Below, piece by piece: positions 36,811 to 45,818 of a DNA stretch of 64,000 nucleotides (position 1 is its first letter; each line of letters opens with the position of its first letter). This DNA comes from Bacteroidales bacterium (GTDB lineage Bacteria; Bacteroidota; Bacteroidia; Bacteroidales; UBA3663). The position numbers and the translations under genes were made by a program. The DNA lies in NCBI GenBank assembly GCA_045629225.1, contig JAZQQU010000016.1, positions 1,447 through 65,446 of the forward strand. Direction: 5' to 3'. The notes below the pieces were generated by a model. The model saw nothing but the letters and a program-made list of their open reading frames with translations. It made no database searches and had not been told where the DNA came from.

Positions 36811-37062
36811 CTGTGTCTCCTTGCAGGGGCAAAAGTTGCATGTTTTGCCCCTCTGTGCTTCTGTGCAGGGGCAAAAGCTGCATATTTTGCCCCTCTGTGC
36901 TTCCGTGTAGGGGCAAAAGCTGCATGTTTTGCCCCTCTGTGCTTCCATGTAGGGGCAAAAGCTGCATATTTTGCCCCTCTGTGCTTCCGTGGAGGGGCAA
37001 AAGCTGCATGTTTCGCCCCTCTGTGCTTCCATGCAGGGGCAAAACATGCAAGTTTTACCCCT
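36811..37062. repeat. 42-bp tandem repeat x6, each unit a 10-bp-stem hairpin
   Basis: AGGGGCAAAA-n8-TTTTGCCCCT begins at 36825, 36867, 36909, 36951, 36993 and 37035. The 14-bp linkers are near-identical (CTGTGCTTCCGTGT). Confidence 0.95.
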
Positions 37063-37073
37063 CTTTACGCCAA

Positions 37074-37107
37074 CGAAGGTGCAAACGGGTATACGTTTGC
37101 ACCTTCG
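37074..37107 (-). terminator. 14-bp perfect hairpin downstream of the methyltransferase gene
   Basis: CGAAGGTGCAAACG-ggtata-CGTTTGCACCTTCG. There is no strong T-run. Confidence 0.45.
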
Positions 37108-37130
37108 TGAGTTTACAGTTGCTTTTTCGG

Positions 37131-37853
37131 TCAAAAAGCCGCAATATAGTGTTGTTTGAAGAAGCGTGGCTTCAGGATGGCGAGACCATTGTTGTAGAGA
37201 TCCATGGTGATCGAGACGTCGTCGCGGTCGCATAGCAGATCCCAGAATTGTTCCAGCTTTTGACGTGGCTGGATGCCATTGACAAAGACCAGAGAGTCCT
37301 CTTTGGTGTGGGTCATGACCCATTGCACAAGCATCTCGGCCTCCACATCTAAATTATTATTGGGCTTGTCAGGGGCAAATGGGTTCTGATTGATGACAAT
37401 CATGTCGTACTTATCAGCGGGTTCAATCATTGAGATGTCCTCGGTGAATGCTATTCGCTCAGCTGAAATCTTGAAAAGCGAAAGGCGTGAGGTTATTTCA
37501 TGCTGTATCTGGTCGGGTGCCTGTGTGCTGATATGGTTTCGGCTGTCGGACAGGAGCAGTGGGAGCATTGTGTAGCCACCGTCGCAACCTAGTTCTGCAA
37601 TTGTGCGGCACTTGAAGCGATTGGCCAGACGGAAGAGCAGACAGGCTACTTTGAAAGAGACGGGGGCCTGCTTCCTGTAGAGGGTCTGCATCCTGTGGTA
37701 GGCATAGTATGGCAGTTTCTCCTCAATCACTTGTGTGATGATTGAGAAAGCAAAGGGCGAATGCACGCCGAAACCTTTGCGATGCTTCAGCTTGCGCATG
37801 CCCAGATTGAAGTAGTCTTTTAGTTTTTTTTTGTTTGTCATGGGGCGATTCAA
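37131..37853 (-). CDS. Class I SAM-dependent methyltransferase
   Basis: Motif I IAELGCDGGYT. The gene overlaps the upstream gene by 4 bp. Confidence 0.6.
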   Translation of the reverse strand: MNRPMTNKKKLKDYFNLGMRKLKHRKGFGVHSPFAFSIITQVIEEKLPYYAYHRMQTLYRKQAPVSFKVACLLFRLANRFKCRTIAELGCDGGYTMLPLLLSDSRNHISTQAPDQIQHEITSRLSLFKISAERIAFTEDISMIEPADKYDMIVINQNPFAPDKPNNNLDVEAEMLVQWVMTHTKEDSLVFVNGIQPRQKLEQFWDLLCDRDDVSITMDLYNNGLAILKPRFFKQHYIAAF

Positions 37854-38986
37854 TAAAGTTCCAGGCCATCCAGAATGCTCATATAGAGTTCAATGGCCTC
37901 TTGTATCTCTTGCGGACAGATGTATTCGTCGGCTGTGTGGCTGCGTGCTGATTGGCCTGGCCCCATCTTAAGGCTGGGGAACCGCATCAGGGCCTGATCG
38001 CTGAGTGTGGGTGAACCAAAGGGCTGACGTCCGGCCTGTATGATACGTTGCAACAGTGGATGGCGGCTGTCGATGCCGGAGGGTTGCAGTCGGGTGCTTC
38101 GTGGCGTCAGCGTGAGATTGGGCAATGGCGTTCCTGCCTCTGTGGATGGTGGAATGGCTCCAATGACCTGTTGCAATCGTTCCACAACCTCTTCGTTGCT
38201 GTAGGCATCGGTGGTGCGGCAATCGACCATGAAGGTGCAGGTGTCTGGTATAACGTTGTGCACCGTTCCTGCCTGGAGGCCGGTGACCGTCACCTTGACA
38301 GGACCGAGTGTGGGCGATTCCTTCTCGAAACGGTAGTCGCGCAACTTGGCGACGGCATCGATGGCTGTGTAGAGTGCGTTGATGCCCTCGTTGCGTGCTG
38401 CATGACCCGACTTGCCCGTGGCTTTGCCGTCGAGCACCACCAGACCCTTTTCGGCAATGGCTGGCTGCATGCCCGTAGGTTCGCCCACCAGTGCGGTGTG
38501 GATGGGTGGCAACAGGGGCAATACGCACTCGATGCCCTGCCGGCCTGATACCTCCTCTTCGGCCGAAGCCAGGAAGATGAGGTTATAGCTTTGCTCCCGT
38601 TCCACCAGCATCAGATACGTGTGCAACAGGCTCACAAGCGAGGCTCCGTCGTCGTTGGCCCCCAGGCCATACAGACGTGTCTCCTGGCTGCCATCGGGCA
38701 GGGTAACTGTCTCTTCCGTGGGTTCGAAAGGGTTGTGCTGCCAGGTGGCTACAGGCTTAACCGTGTCGATGTGGGCATTGAGCAGCAGCGTGGGACGTGT
38801 GGGCGAGAACCGAGGGTCAATGAGCCATAGGTTGTTGTGCTCGCGCTGCACCTTCTGGCCGCTTGCCTGGGCCATATAGGCCTGCAGATAGTCGGCTGAA
38901 GCCTGTTCGTCGCGGCTTACTGAGGGGATGGCGATCAGCTCCTTCAGAAGGTTGTAGGCTCGGATGTGTGCTCGTGCAATGTCCAT
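37850..38986 (-). CDS. M20-family metallopeptidase (ArgE/DapE-like deacylase)
   Basis: LIAIPSVSRDE, LLNAHIDTVKP and SAEEE motifs. Confidence 0.8.
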   Translation of the reverse strand: MDIARAHIRAYNLLKELIAIPSVSRDEQASADYLQAYMAQASGQKVQREHNNLWLIDPRFSPTRPTLLLNAHIDTVKPVATWQHNPFEPTEETVTLPDGSQETRLYGLGANDDGASLVSLLHTYLMLVEREQSYNLIFLASAEEEVSGRQGIECVLPLLPPIHTALVGEPTGMQPAIAEKGLVVLDGKATGKSGHAARNEGINALYTAIDAVAKLRDYRFEKESPTLGPVKVTVTGLQAGTVHNVIPDTCTFMVDCRTTDAYSNEEVVERLQQVIGAIPPSTEAGTPLPNLTLTPRSTRLQPSGIDSRHPLLQRIIQAGRQPFGSPTLSDQALMRFPSLKMGPGQSARSHTADEYICPQEIQEAIELYMSILDGLELY

Positions 38987-39076
38987 CGTGGTGCAATAGT
39001 TTTTGGCAGGTATAAATTAAATTCGGGTGCGAAGATACGCTTTTTTCCTTAAAATTGTTTTTTTTGAGGAGAGATT

Positions 39077-39108
39077 TTTGTTATTTTGACGTTTTTTTTC
39101 TATCTTTG
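39077..39108 (+). promoter_or_regulatory. Promoter of prfB
   Basis: TTTG at 39077-39080 and TATCTTTG at 39101-39108, with a 20-nt spacer. Confidence 0.6.
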
Positions 39109-39128
39109 TCCAAAAAATATAAATATTT

Positions 39129-40238
39129 ATGATTACAATTGAGCAGTTAAAAGCCACCCAGGACCGCCTGGCTGACCTCCATCGCTATCTGGATATCGAC
39201 AACAAACTGATACAGCTTGAGGAGGAAGAGTTGCGAACCCAAGTGCCCGGTTTCTGGGAGGACCAGAAGGCCGCAGAGGCACAGATGAAAGTCGTGAAGG
39301 GCATTCGAAACTGGATTGAAGCCTACAACACCGCCAAAGGAAACGTCGAAGAACTGGCTACAGCCTTCGAGTTCTACAAGGAAGAGGTAGTAACAGAAGA
39401 GGAGGTCGATGAGCAGTATGATAAGACCATCAGTCACTTTGAGGATATCGAGCTCAAGAACATGCTTCAGGGCGAGGAGGATCATCTGCCTTGTGTCCTC
39501 AAGATCAACGCTGGTGCAGGTGGCACTGAGGCCAACGACTGGGCTCAGCAGCTGATGCGTCTATACATGCGCTATGCAGAGGACCATGGCTACAAGGTCA
39601 CTGTGCAGGATCTCGTCGAGGGTGACGATGCCGGCATCAAGTCGTGCACTTTGGAGATCGAAGGCGATATGGCCTTCGGATACCTCAAGTCAGAGAATGG
39701 AGTGCATCGTCTGGTTCGTGTTTCGCCTTACAATGCACAAGGCAAGCGAATGACTTCGTTCGCCTCTGTCTTTGCCTTCCCTATGATTGATGATTCCATA
39801 GAGATCACCATCGATCCGGGCCGATTGACTTGGGATACATTCCGCTCGGGCGGTGCAGGTGGACAGAACGTCAATAAGGTAGAGTCTGGTGTCCGTGCCC
39901 GCTACATGTATCTTGATCCTTACACAGGTGTCGAAACTGAGCTCCTGCAGGCCTGTACCGTAACTCGCGACCAACCTAAGAACCGAGAGATGGCTCTGCA
40001 GCTCCTGAAGTCGCAGATTTACAACATCGAGCTTGAGCATCGTCGTGAGAAGCAGGCAGCCATCGAGGCAGGCAAAAAGAAGATTGAGTGGGGTTCGCAG
40101 ATTCGCTCATACGTCTTCGATGATCGTCGTGTCAAGGATCATCGCACTGGTTTCCAGACCTCTGATGTCAATGGTGTGATGGACGGTAAGATCGATGGCT
40201 TCATCAAGGCCTATCTGATGGAGTTTGGTGGCGAATAA
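39129..40238 (+). CDS. prfB: Peptide chain release factor 2 (single uninterrupted frame)
   Basis: SGGAGGQNVNKVESGVR (GGQ motif) and an RF2-like N-terminus. Confidence 0.95.
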   Translation: MITIEQLKATQDRLADLHRYLDIDNKLIQLEEEELRTQVPGFWEDQKAAEAQMKVVKGIRNWIEAYNTAKGNVEELATAFEFYKEEVVTEEEVDEQYDKTISHFEDIELKNMLQGEEDHLPCVLKINAGAGGTEANDWAQQLMRLYMRYAEDHGYKVTVQDLVEGDDAGIKSCTLEIEGDMAFGYLKSENGVHRLVRVSPYNAQGKRMTSFASVFAFPMIDDSIEITIDPGRLTWDTFRSGGAGGQNVNKVESGVRARYMYLDPYTGVETELLQACTVTRDQPKNREMALQLLKSQIYNIELEHRREKQAAIEAGKKKIEWGSQIRSYVFDDRRVKDHRTGFQTSDVNGVMDGKIDGFIKAYLMEFGGE

Positions 40239-40311
40239 CCTTTGGCTGATGTAGTTCGACATGTGTTGAATCGTTTCACAATAAATTCATACTATTCTTC
40301 TATATAGAAAT

Positions 40312-42735
40312 ATGAGGAAATATCTCTCTTTTCTCTTCTTCGTCCTGCTATCTGTGGTAGCAATGGCGCAAAGTACGATGACCGACCAGCAGGTTCTCGA
40401 TTATCTGAAGGAGGGTCTGGCATCGGGCAAGACTCAGCGTGTGATGATGCAGGAGCTTGTGGCTCGAGGCGTAGATCGTGCTCAAGCTATGCGAGTGCGT
40501 CAATTGTATCAGACACAGATGGGGGGTGGCGAACAGAATTCCTCTCAGTCTCAGACGTCAAGCGATGCTTCGCGAGAGCATACGTCAAGCGTTGAGTCGG
40601 TCGAGGTGAATGACAAGGTGATTGGAGCTGAGGTTATGGAGCATACGGCACTCGAAGAGAGTAATTCGCGTACGGCAGCGTCCGACGAGATCTATGGACA
40701 TAGCTTGCTGAGCACTTCGAACCTGACATTTGCCCCCAGCACCAACATGCCTACTCCCAAGAACTATACCTTGGGACCGGGTGATGAGGTGATTGTCGAT
40801 ATTTTTGGTGTCAACCAGAGTACCATACGCAGCATCATCAGTCCTGAGGGTAGTATCAAGGTCGATATCTTGGGACCTGTCTATCTGAATGGCAAGACAA
40901 TAGCAGAGGCCAACACCTACCTTAAAAAACGATTGGCATCCATCTATGAGGGTCTGAATAACGACGAGGAAAAAGAGACTACAGACATTCAGCTCTCTTT
41001 GGGCCAAATCCGCAGCATCCAGATCAACATTGTGGGCGAGGTTCCTAATCCCGGCACCTTCATGGTGTCGTCCCTCTCTTCGGTTTTCCATGCTATGCAT
41101 CGAGCTGGTGGCGTGAATGATGATGCTACGGTTCGAGCCATTAAAGTGATTCGAAACAATCGTATTATTGCCACAATCGACATCTATGACTTCCTGATGA
41201 CGGGAAGCCGCGAGAATGATGTCCGTCTGGAGGAAGGTGACGTCATCCTCGTTGAACCTTATCAGCAGATTGTCAAACTCAATGGGTTCGTGAAACGACC
41301 GATGAACTTCGAACTGAAGAGAGGCGAGACGGTTAACGACCTTTTGAAGTATTCTGGAGGTTTTGGACGAGGAGCTTTTACGGGCAGTGTCACGGTGATA
41401 CGTCAGTCTGAGCGTGAGTATGAAGTGCGTACTGTCGAGTCGAGTGACTTCTCATCATTCCAGCTTAATGATGGAGATGAGGTTGAGGTTTCGAAAATGT
41501 TCACTCGTTTCGAGAATCGTATTGCCATTCGTGGTGCAGTCCTGTTGCCAGGTCTCTATGAGTTGGGCGACATCCGTACAGTTCGTCAGTTGATTGAGAA
41601 AGCTGGTGGTCTGCAACCTGATGCCTACACTGAGCGTGTTATGCTGCATCGCGAGAACGATGATCGCAGTCTTGAGACCATGGGCATCGACTTGGATGCT
41701 ATCCTTAAGGGCGACAAGCAGGATGTCGTGTTGCGCAAGAACGATGAACTCTACATTCCAAGTGTTTTTGATCTCAAAGATCAGGGCACGTTGACCATCC
41801 GTGGCGAGGTGGCATCGCCTGGTTCCTTCCCTTATGCAGCCAATACTACTATCCAGGACCTGATTATTCAGGCGGGTGGCATGCGGCGTAGTGCATCAGT
41901 GGTTCGCATAGATGTGGATCGTATGGTTGAGGATAGCGAAAGCTCTGTTGCGCAGAGCGATATTTCTGAGCATTTTACTTTCAACCTTAAAGATGGTTAT
42001 GCTCTTGACAACGCAGCATCCTTTGTGCTCGAGCCTTACGATGTGGTCACTGTTCGTCGTTCACCTTCTTATGTGCCAAGCAAGATTGTGACTGTCGTTG
42101 GTGAAGCTAATTTCCCTGGCCAGTATAACATGAACAAGCGTGAAGATCGCGTCAGTGACTTGGTTTCTCGTGCGGGAGATCTTACTGACTTCGCTTATGC
42201 CAAGGGAGCACATCTCTCTCGATTGATGACCAATGAAGAGCGTGATTTGGTCCAAACAGCAATTAAGGCTATGATTAGTTCTGGTGATAGCCTCAATGGC
42301 TTGTCGACCGACCGCTATATGGTTGCTCTCGACCTCGAGTCAGCTTTAGCGCATCCAGGTGGTGAGAGTGATTTAGTGTTGCGCGAAGGAGACAGACTTG
42401 AAATTCCTGTTTATAACAATACTGTATCTATCCGAGGAGCTGTTCAGATGGAGACTATTGTCACCTACCAGAAAGGCTTGACAAAGAAAAAACTGGTCGA
42501 TATGGCAGGTGGTTATCTAAAGCGGGCATACAAATCGAAGGCTTTCATTGTGTATATGAATGGTCGGGTGGCTCGTTTGAAACGTAATACGACCATCGAG
42601 CCAGGTAGTCAGGTATTTGTTCCGATCAAGGCAAAGAAGAACAATTCTGCAGCTGTTTCACAGGGATTAAGCATTGCTACATCGGCTGCATCCTTGGGTA
42701 TGATGGGAGTTTCTATTGCTAACCTTCTAAAATAA
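40312..42735 (+). CDS. Polysaccharide export outer-membrane protein (Wza/BexD-like, multiple SLBB domains)
   Basis: Signal peptide, YTLGPGDEVIVDIFG (Poly_export motif) and repeated SLBB-like segments. Confidence 0.85.
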   Translation: MRKYLSFLFFVLLSVVAMAQSTMTDQQVLDYLKEGLASGKTQRVMMQELVARGVDRAQAMRVRQLYQTQMGGGEQNSSQSQTSSDASREHTSSVESVEVNDKVIGAEVMEHTALEESNSRTAASDEIYGHSLLSTSNLTFAPSTNMPTPKNYTLGPGDEVIVDIFGVNQSTIRSIISPEGSIKVDILGPVYLNGKTIAEANTYLKKRLASIYEGLNNDEEKETTDIQLSLGQIRSIQINIVGEVPNPGTFMVSSLSSVFHAMHRAGGVNDDATVRAIKVIRNNRIIATIDIYDFLMTGSRENDVRLEEGDVILVEPYQQIVKLNGFVKRPMNFELKRGETVNDLLKYSGGFGRGAFTGSVTVIRQSEREYEVRTVESSDFSSFQLNDGDEVEVSKMFTRFENRIAIRGAVLLPGLYELGDIRTVRQLIEKAGGLQPDAYTERVMLHRENDDRSLETMGIDLDAILKGDKQDVVLRKNDELYIPSVFDLKDQGTLTIRGEVASPGSFPYAANTTIQDLIIQAGGMRRSASVVRIDVDRMVEDSESSVAQSDISEHFTFNLKDGYALDNAASFVLEPYDVVTVRRSPSYVPSKIVTVVGEANFPGQYNMNKREDRVSDLVSRAGDLTDFAYAKGAHLSRLMTNEERDLVQTAIKAMISSGDSLNGLSTDRYMVALDLESALAHPGGESDLVLREGDRLEIPVYNNTVSIRGAVQMETIVTYQKGLTKKKLVDMAGGYLKRAYKSKAFIVYMNGRVARLKRNTTIEPGSQVFVPIKAKKNNSAAVSQGLSIATSAASLGMMGVSIANLLK

Positions 42736-42743
42736 GAGTAGAT

Positions 42744-43910
42744 ATGAGTGAATCCTTTCAAAATCAATTTATGGGGGATCCTGAGTTTGAGGAAGACGAT
42801 TCTATTGATTGGGGGAAGTATCTGTCTCTCATCATAAAAAACTGGAAAAGAATTATACTGATTTCCATCATCTTTGGTATTGTTGGTGTTGGTGTGGCTT
42901 TGATGCAGAAAAAAAAGTATCAGGTCAACATTACTCTTGCTCCCGAAATCCAGACTTCTTCTCGAACTGGAGGCTCTTTAGGTAGCTTGGCGAGCATGCT
43001 TGGCATGAATATGAACTTGGCTGCTTCATCTTCTGATGCCTTTAATATAATGGTTTTTCCGGAGATTATCGGCAGTACCCCCTTCCTTACCCAGCTGTTC
43101 GAAGTAGAACTGACTCCTATGCCTCAATTGCCTAAAGATGCTTCAGAGGCAAGGAACGTGTTGAATGGACCTCTTCCTACAGTAAAACTCTATGATCATC
43201 TTACTGGCAGGGACAAAGAGAAAAGTTGGTTATCAAAAACTATGCATAGCTTGTTGGGTATTCCTTATCGCGACGATCCCAATTACCTTGAGACTCATGT
43301 GAATCTGCTGACAAGTGAACAGAATCGTGTAGTGAACTTTATGCGTTCGGCTATGGTATCTGCTGCGGTTGATAAGAAAACGGCTATGACTACGATTTCT
43401 GTCAGGTTAGATGATCCACTGATGTGTATGCAACTGGCAGATACCGTTTGTCAGCGTTTGCGAAATTTCGTCTTTGCTTATCGAACTGAGAAGGAACGGA
43501 AGAATTTCGACTATTACGATGCCTTATGTGATAGTACATTAAAGAAGATGACTGATGCTCAGGCTGCTTATGCCGCCTCAATGGATAACAATCACAGTGT
43601 TATTATGCAATCAGTAGCAGTTCGTCGTGAACGATTGCAACAGGAGGTTAGTATGTCGAGCCAGATATATCAGCAGATGGTTCAACAAAGAGAGCTTTCA
43701 CGTGCTCGTCTGCAGGAACTGAAACCTGTGTTTGCTGTAGTTGAACCAGCTACATTCCCGTTCAAGCCTGTCAATAGCCGTAGAAAAACTGTTATGCTGT
43801 TTGGTATATTTGGATTTTTTGCAGCTTCAATTTGGTATTTGTTTGCCAAAGGTTTCTGTGAAAAATGCTCTTCAAAACTGAAAGAACTGACTGCTTCAAA
43901 AGAGGAATGA
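42744..43910 (+). CDS. Wzz-type chain-length determinant protein (no kinase domain)
   Basis: N-terminal IDWGKYLSLIIKNWKRIILISIIFGIVGVGVAL TM segment, a coiled middle region and a C-terminal TM segment. Confidence 0.75.
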   Translation: MSESFQNQFMGDPEFEEDDSIDWGKYLSLIIKNWKRIILISIIFGIVGVGVALMQKKKYQVNITLAPEIQTSSRTGGSLGSLASMLGMNMNLAASSSDAFNIMVFPEIIGSTPFLTQLFEVELTPMPQLPKDASEARNVLNGPLPTVKLYDHLTGRDKEKSWLSKTMHSLLGIPYRDDPNYLETHVNLLTSEQNRVVNFMRSAMVSAAVDKKTAMTTISVRLDDPLMCMQLADTVCQRLRNFVFAYRTEKERKNFDYYDALCDSTLKKMTDAQAAYAASMDNNHSVIMQSVAVRRERLQQEVSMSSQIYQQMVQQRELSRARLQELKPVFAVVEPATFPFKPVNSRRKTVMLFGIFGFFAASIWYLFAKGFCEKCSSKLKELTASKEE

Positions 43911-44203
43911 AACACTTTTGCTTCAACATTGATACACATTATAATATTTTATCCAATACTGACCATAGTTTGCCCTTTTTGAATAATTTCCACCAGCTTT
44001 TATGGGTAATAGAAACTCCGTGGATTGACCGTTCTGTACTTGGCTGGCATTGCCTCACGTTTCGGTCACCAGATGGCTGCTCGGGGCATTGATTAAGATT
44101 ATGGAGAGGGGACAACAGCGTTCAGAATTGTTGGAGGTGACAGAGTTAATGATTCTTAGATTCAAAGTATAGGATTATTTTGGTTGTCATTTATAAGTAT
44201 TGC

Positions 44204-44411
44204 AAAGAGGGTGTGTCAAAAGTCTTGTGAGTATAAAACATGCTAGCAAAATGTAAGTTGACATTATCCTACACTCATCGAAAAACCCGTTTTAGAGTTT
44301 ATGAACATGGATTTCAGTCCATATTCTTCTCTAAAACGGCTTCCTTTATTGTAGGTAGTATCAAAATGACAGCACTAATAGAGTACTTCGGACTTTTGAT
44401 ACTGCCTCTTT
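44204..44411. repeat. 208-bp element bounded by 21-bp imperfect inverted repeats with a nested 11-bp inverted repeat (MITE-like or structured RNA)
   Basis: AAAGAGGGTGTGTCAAAAGTC (44204-44224) against GACTTTTGATACTGCCTCTTT (44391-44411) matches 18 of 21. The inner pair is CCGTTTTAGAG (44287-44297) and CTCTAAAACGG (44329-44339). Confidence 0.4.
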
Positions 44412-44412
44412 A

Positions 44413-45717
44413 TTAATTCTTCAGGAAGGTAATCAGTACACCTGCTGCAACAGCCGAACCGATAACACCTGAGATGTTAGCCGACATACAGTAGTTGAGA
44501 ATGTTGTTCTTTGGGTTGATCTTAGTAGCGATGTCGTTGGCTACACGGCTGGCCATCGGTACAGCAGAGAGACCACAAGCTCCTACGAGTGGGTTGATCT
44601 TTTTCTTAGAGAAGAGATTGAACAGCTTGACCAGATAGATACCACCGGCGATAGAGACTGCGAATGCGCAGAAACCGCCAGCTACGATGCCAATGGTCTG
44701 CCAGTTGAGGAATGACTGCACGGTCATGGTAGCACCTACTGAGAGGCCCAGGAAGATGGTGGCAATGTTCATCAAAGCGTTAGATGCAGTATCGGCAATA
44801 CGAGAGGTGTCGGCACCAATCTCCTTGATGAGGTTACCGAACATAAGCATGCCGATGAGCGAAACTGCTGAAGGCACGATGATGGCAACAAGGATAGTAA
44901 CGAAGATTGGGAACACAATCTTAGCTACGCGCATATTCTTAATCTGAAGAGTATTTGGATAGAGCTTATCCTGCTCCTTCATGTTAATCTCGCGCTCAGC
45001 CTTAGTGGTGCAAAGCTTCACTACGAATGGGATGATCACTGGAACAAGGGCCATGTAAGAATAAGCTGCAATGGCGATTGGGCCGAGGAGGTGAGGAGCG
45101 AGCTTGATGGTAGTATAAATGGCGGTAGGGCCGTCAGCACCACCAATGATGCCCAGTGCGCCAGCTTCCTGTGGAGTGAATTGGCCAGAACCAACAGCTA
45201 CGAGAATTACACCGAAGATGCCCACCTGAGCAGCAGCACCGAAGATGGCAAGCTTGAGGTTACGAAGCATTGGACCGAAGTCGGTCATAGCACCTACACC
45301 CATGAAGATTACCGGTGGGATGAAGCCAGTCTTGATGAGCCAGTAGTAGATCATGTTCATCAAGCCCAAATCGTGGGCAATCATTGGGAGTGAGCAATGG
45401 TAGATGTCGTAAGGAATGCCATTAGCATCCTTCCAGATTGTTCCATCAGCCAGTGTGATAGCGTTGTGGTAGAGGATGCCAGTAACTGGATCTGTCCAGT
45501 CTGCAGCACCGAAGACACCCATCTCGCCGCCAGGGAAGTTGGCCAATAGGATTCCCATAGCGATAGGAATGAGCAGCAGTGGTTCGTAGTGCTTGGCGAT
45601 GCCAAGGTAGAGGAATAGCAGGCCAAGCGCATACATGATGAGGAAGGTCGGTTCAGCAGCAATGTTGCTGAATGCCGTCATCTCATATAGTTTTTCGAAA
45701 ATAGTTGTAATATCCAT
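44413..45717 (-). CDS. oadB: Na+-translocating decarboxylase beta subunit
   Basis: 434-aa polytopic protein with an N-terminal region typical of OadB/MmdB. Confidence 0.9.
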   Translation of the reverse strand: MDITTIFEKLYEMTAFSNIAAEPTFLIMYALGLLFLYLGIAKHYEPLLLIPIAMGILLANFPGGEMGVFGAADWTDPVTGILYHNAITLADGTIWKDANGIPYDIYHCSLPMIAHDLGLMNMIYYWLIKTGFIPPVIFMGVGAMTDFGPMLRNLKLAIFGAAAQVGIFGVILVAVGSGQFTPQEAGALGIIGGADGPTAIYTTIKLAPHLLGPIAIAAYSYMALVPVIIPFVVKLCTTKAEREINMKEQDKLYPNTLQIKNMRVAKIVFPIFVTILVAIIVPSAVSLIGMLMFGNLIKEIGADTSRIADTASNALMNIATIFLGLSVGATMTVQSFLNWQTIGIVAGGFCAFAVSIAGGIYLVKLFNLFSKKKINPLVGACGLSAVPMASRVANDIATKINPKNNILNYCMSANISGVIGSAVAAGVLITFLKN

Positions 45718-45722
45718 TTCTT

Positions 45723-45814
45723 GAGGTTTTTAGGTTTTGCGGTTTTAAGGTTTTGCGGTTCGTGGACATCGGGATGCCTCATGACCTCACAACCTCGTAA
45801 CCTTATGACCTTAG
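45723..45814. repeat. Two opposed octamer arrays (NNGGTTTT x5, then NNNACCTY x4) in the oadA-oadB spacer
   Basis: gaggtttt taggtttt gcggtttt aaggtttt gcggttcg ... atgacctc acaacctc gtaacctt atgacctt. Confidence 0.75.
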
Positions 45815-45818
45815 AAAT

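Noticed and set aside
36811-37062. Possible CRISPR array (regular palindromic repeats of about 28 bp).
   Set aside because: The intervening 14-bp segments are nearly identical to each other and far too short to be spacers. The whole 42-bp unit is what repeats. No cas genes are in the window.
39129-40238. Programmed +1 frameshift in prfB.
   Set aside because: The RF2 frame is continuous from the ATG at 39129. At the position equivalent to the E. coli CTT TGA C shift site the sequence reads ..CGC TAT CTG GAT ATC.. with no in-frame stop.
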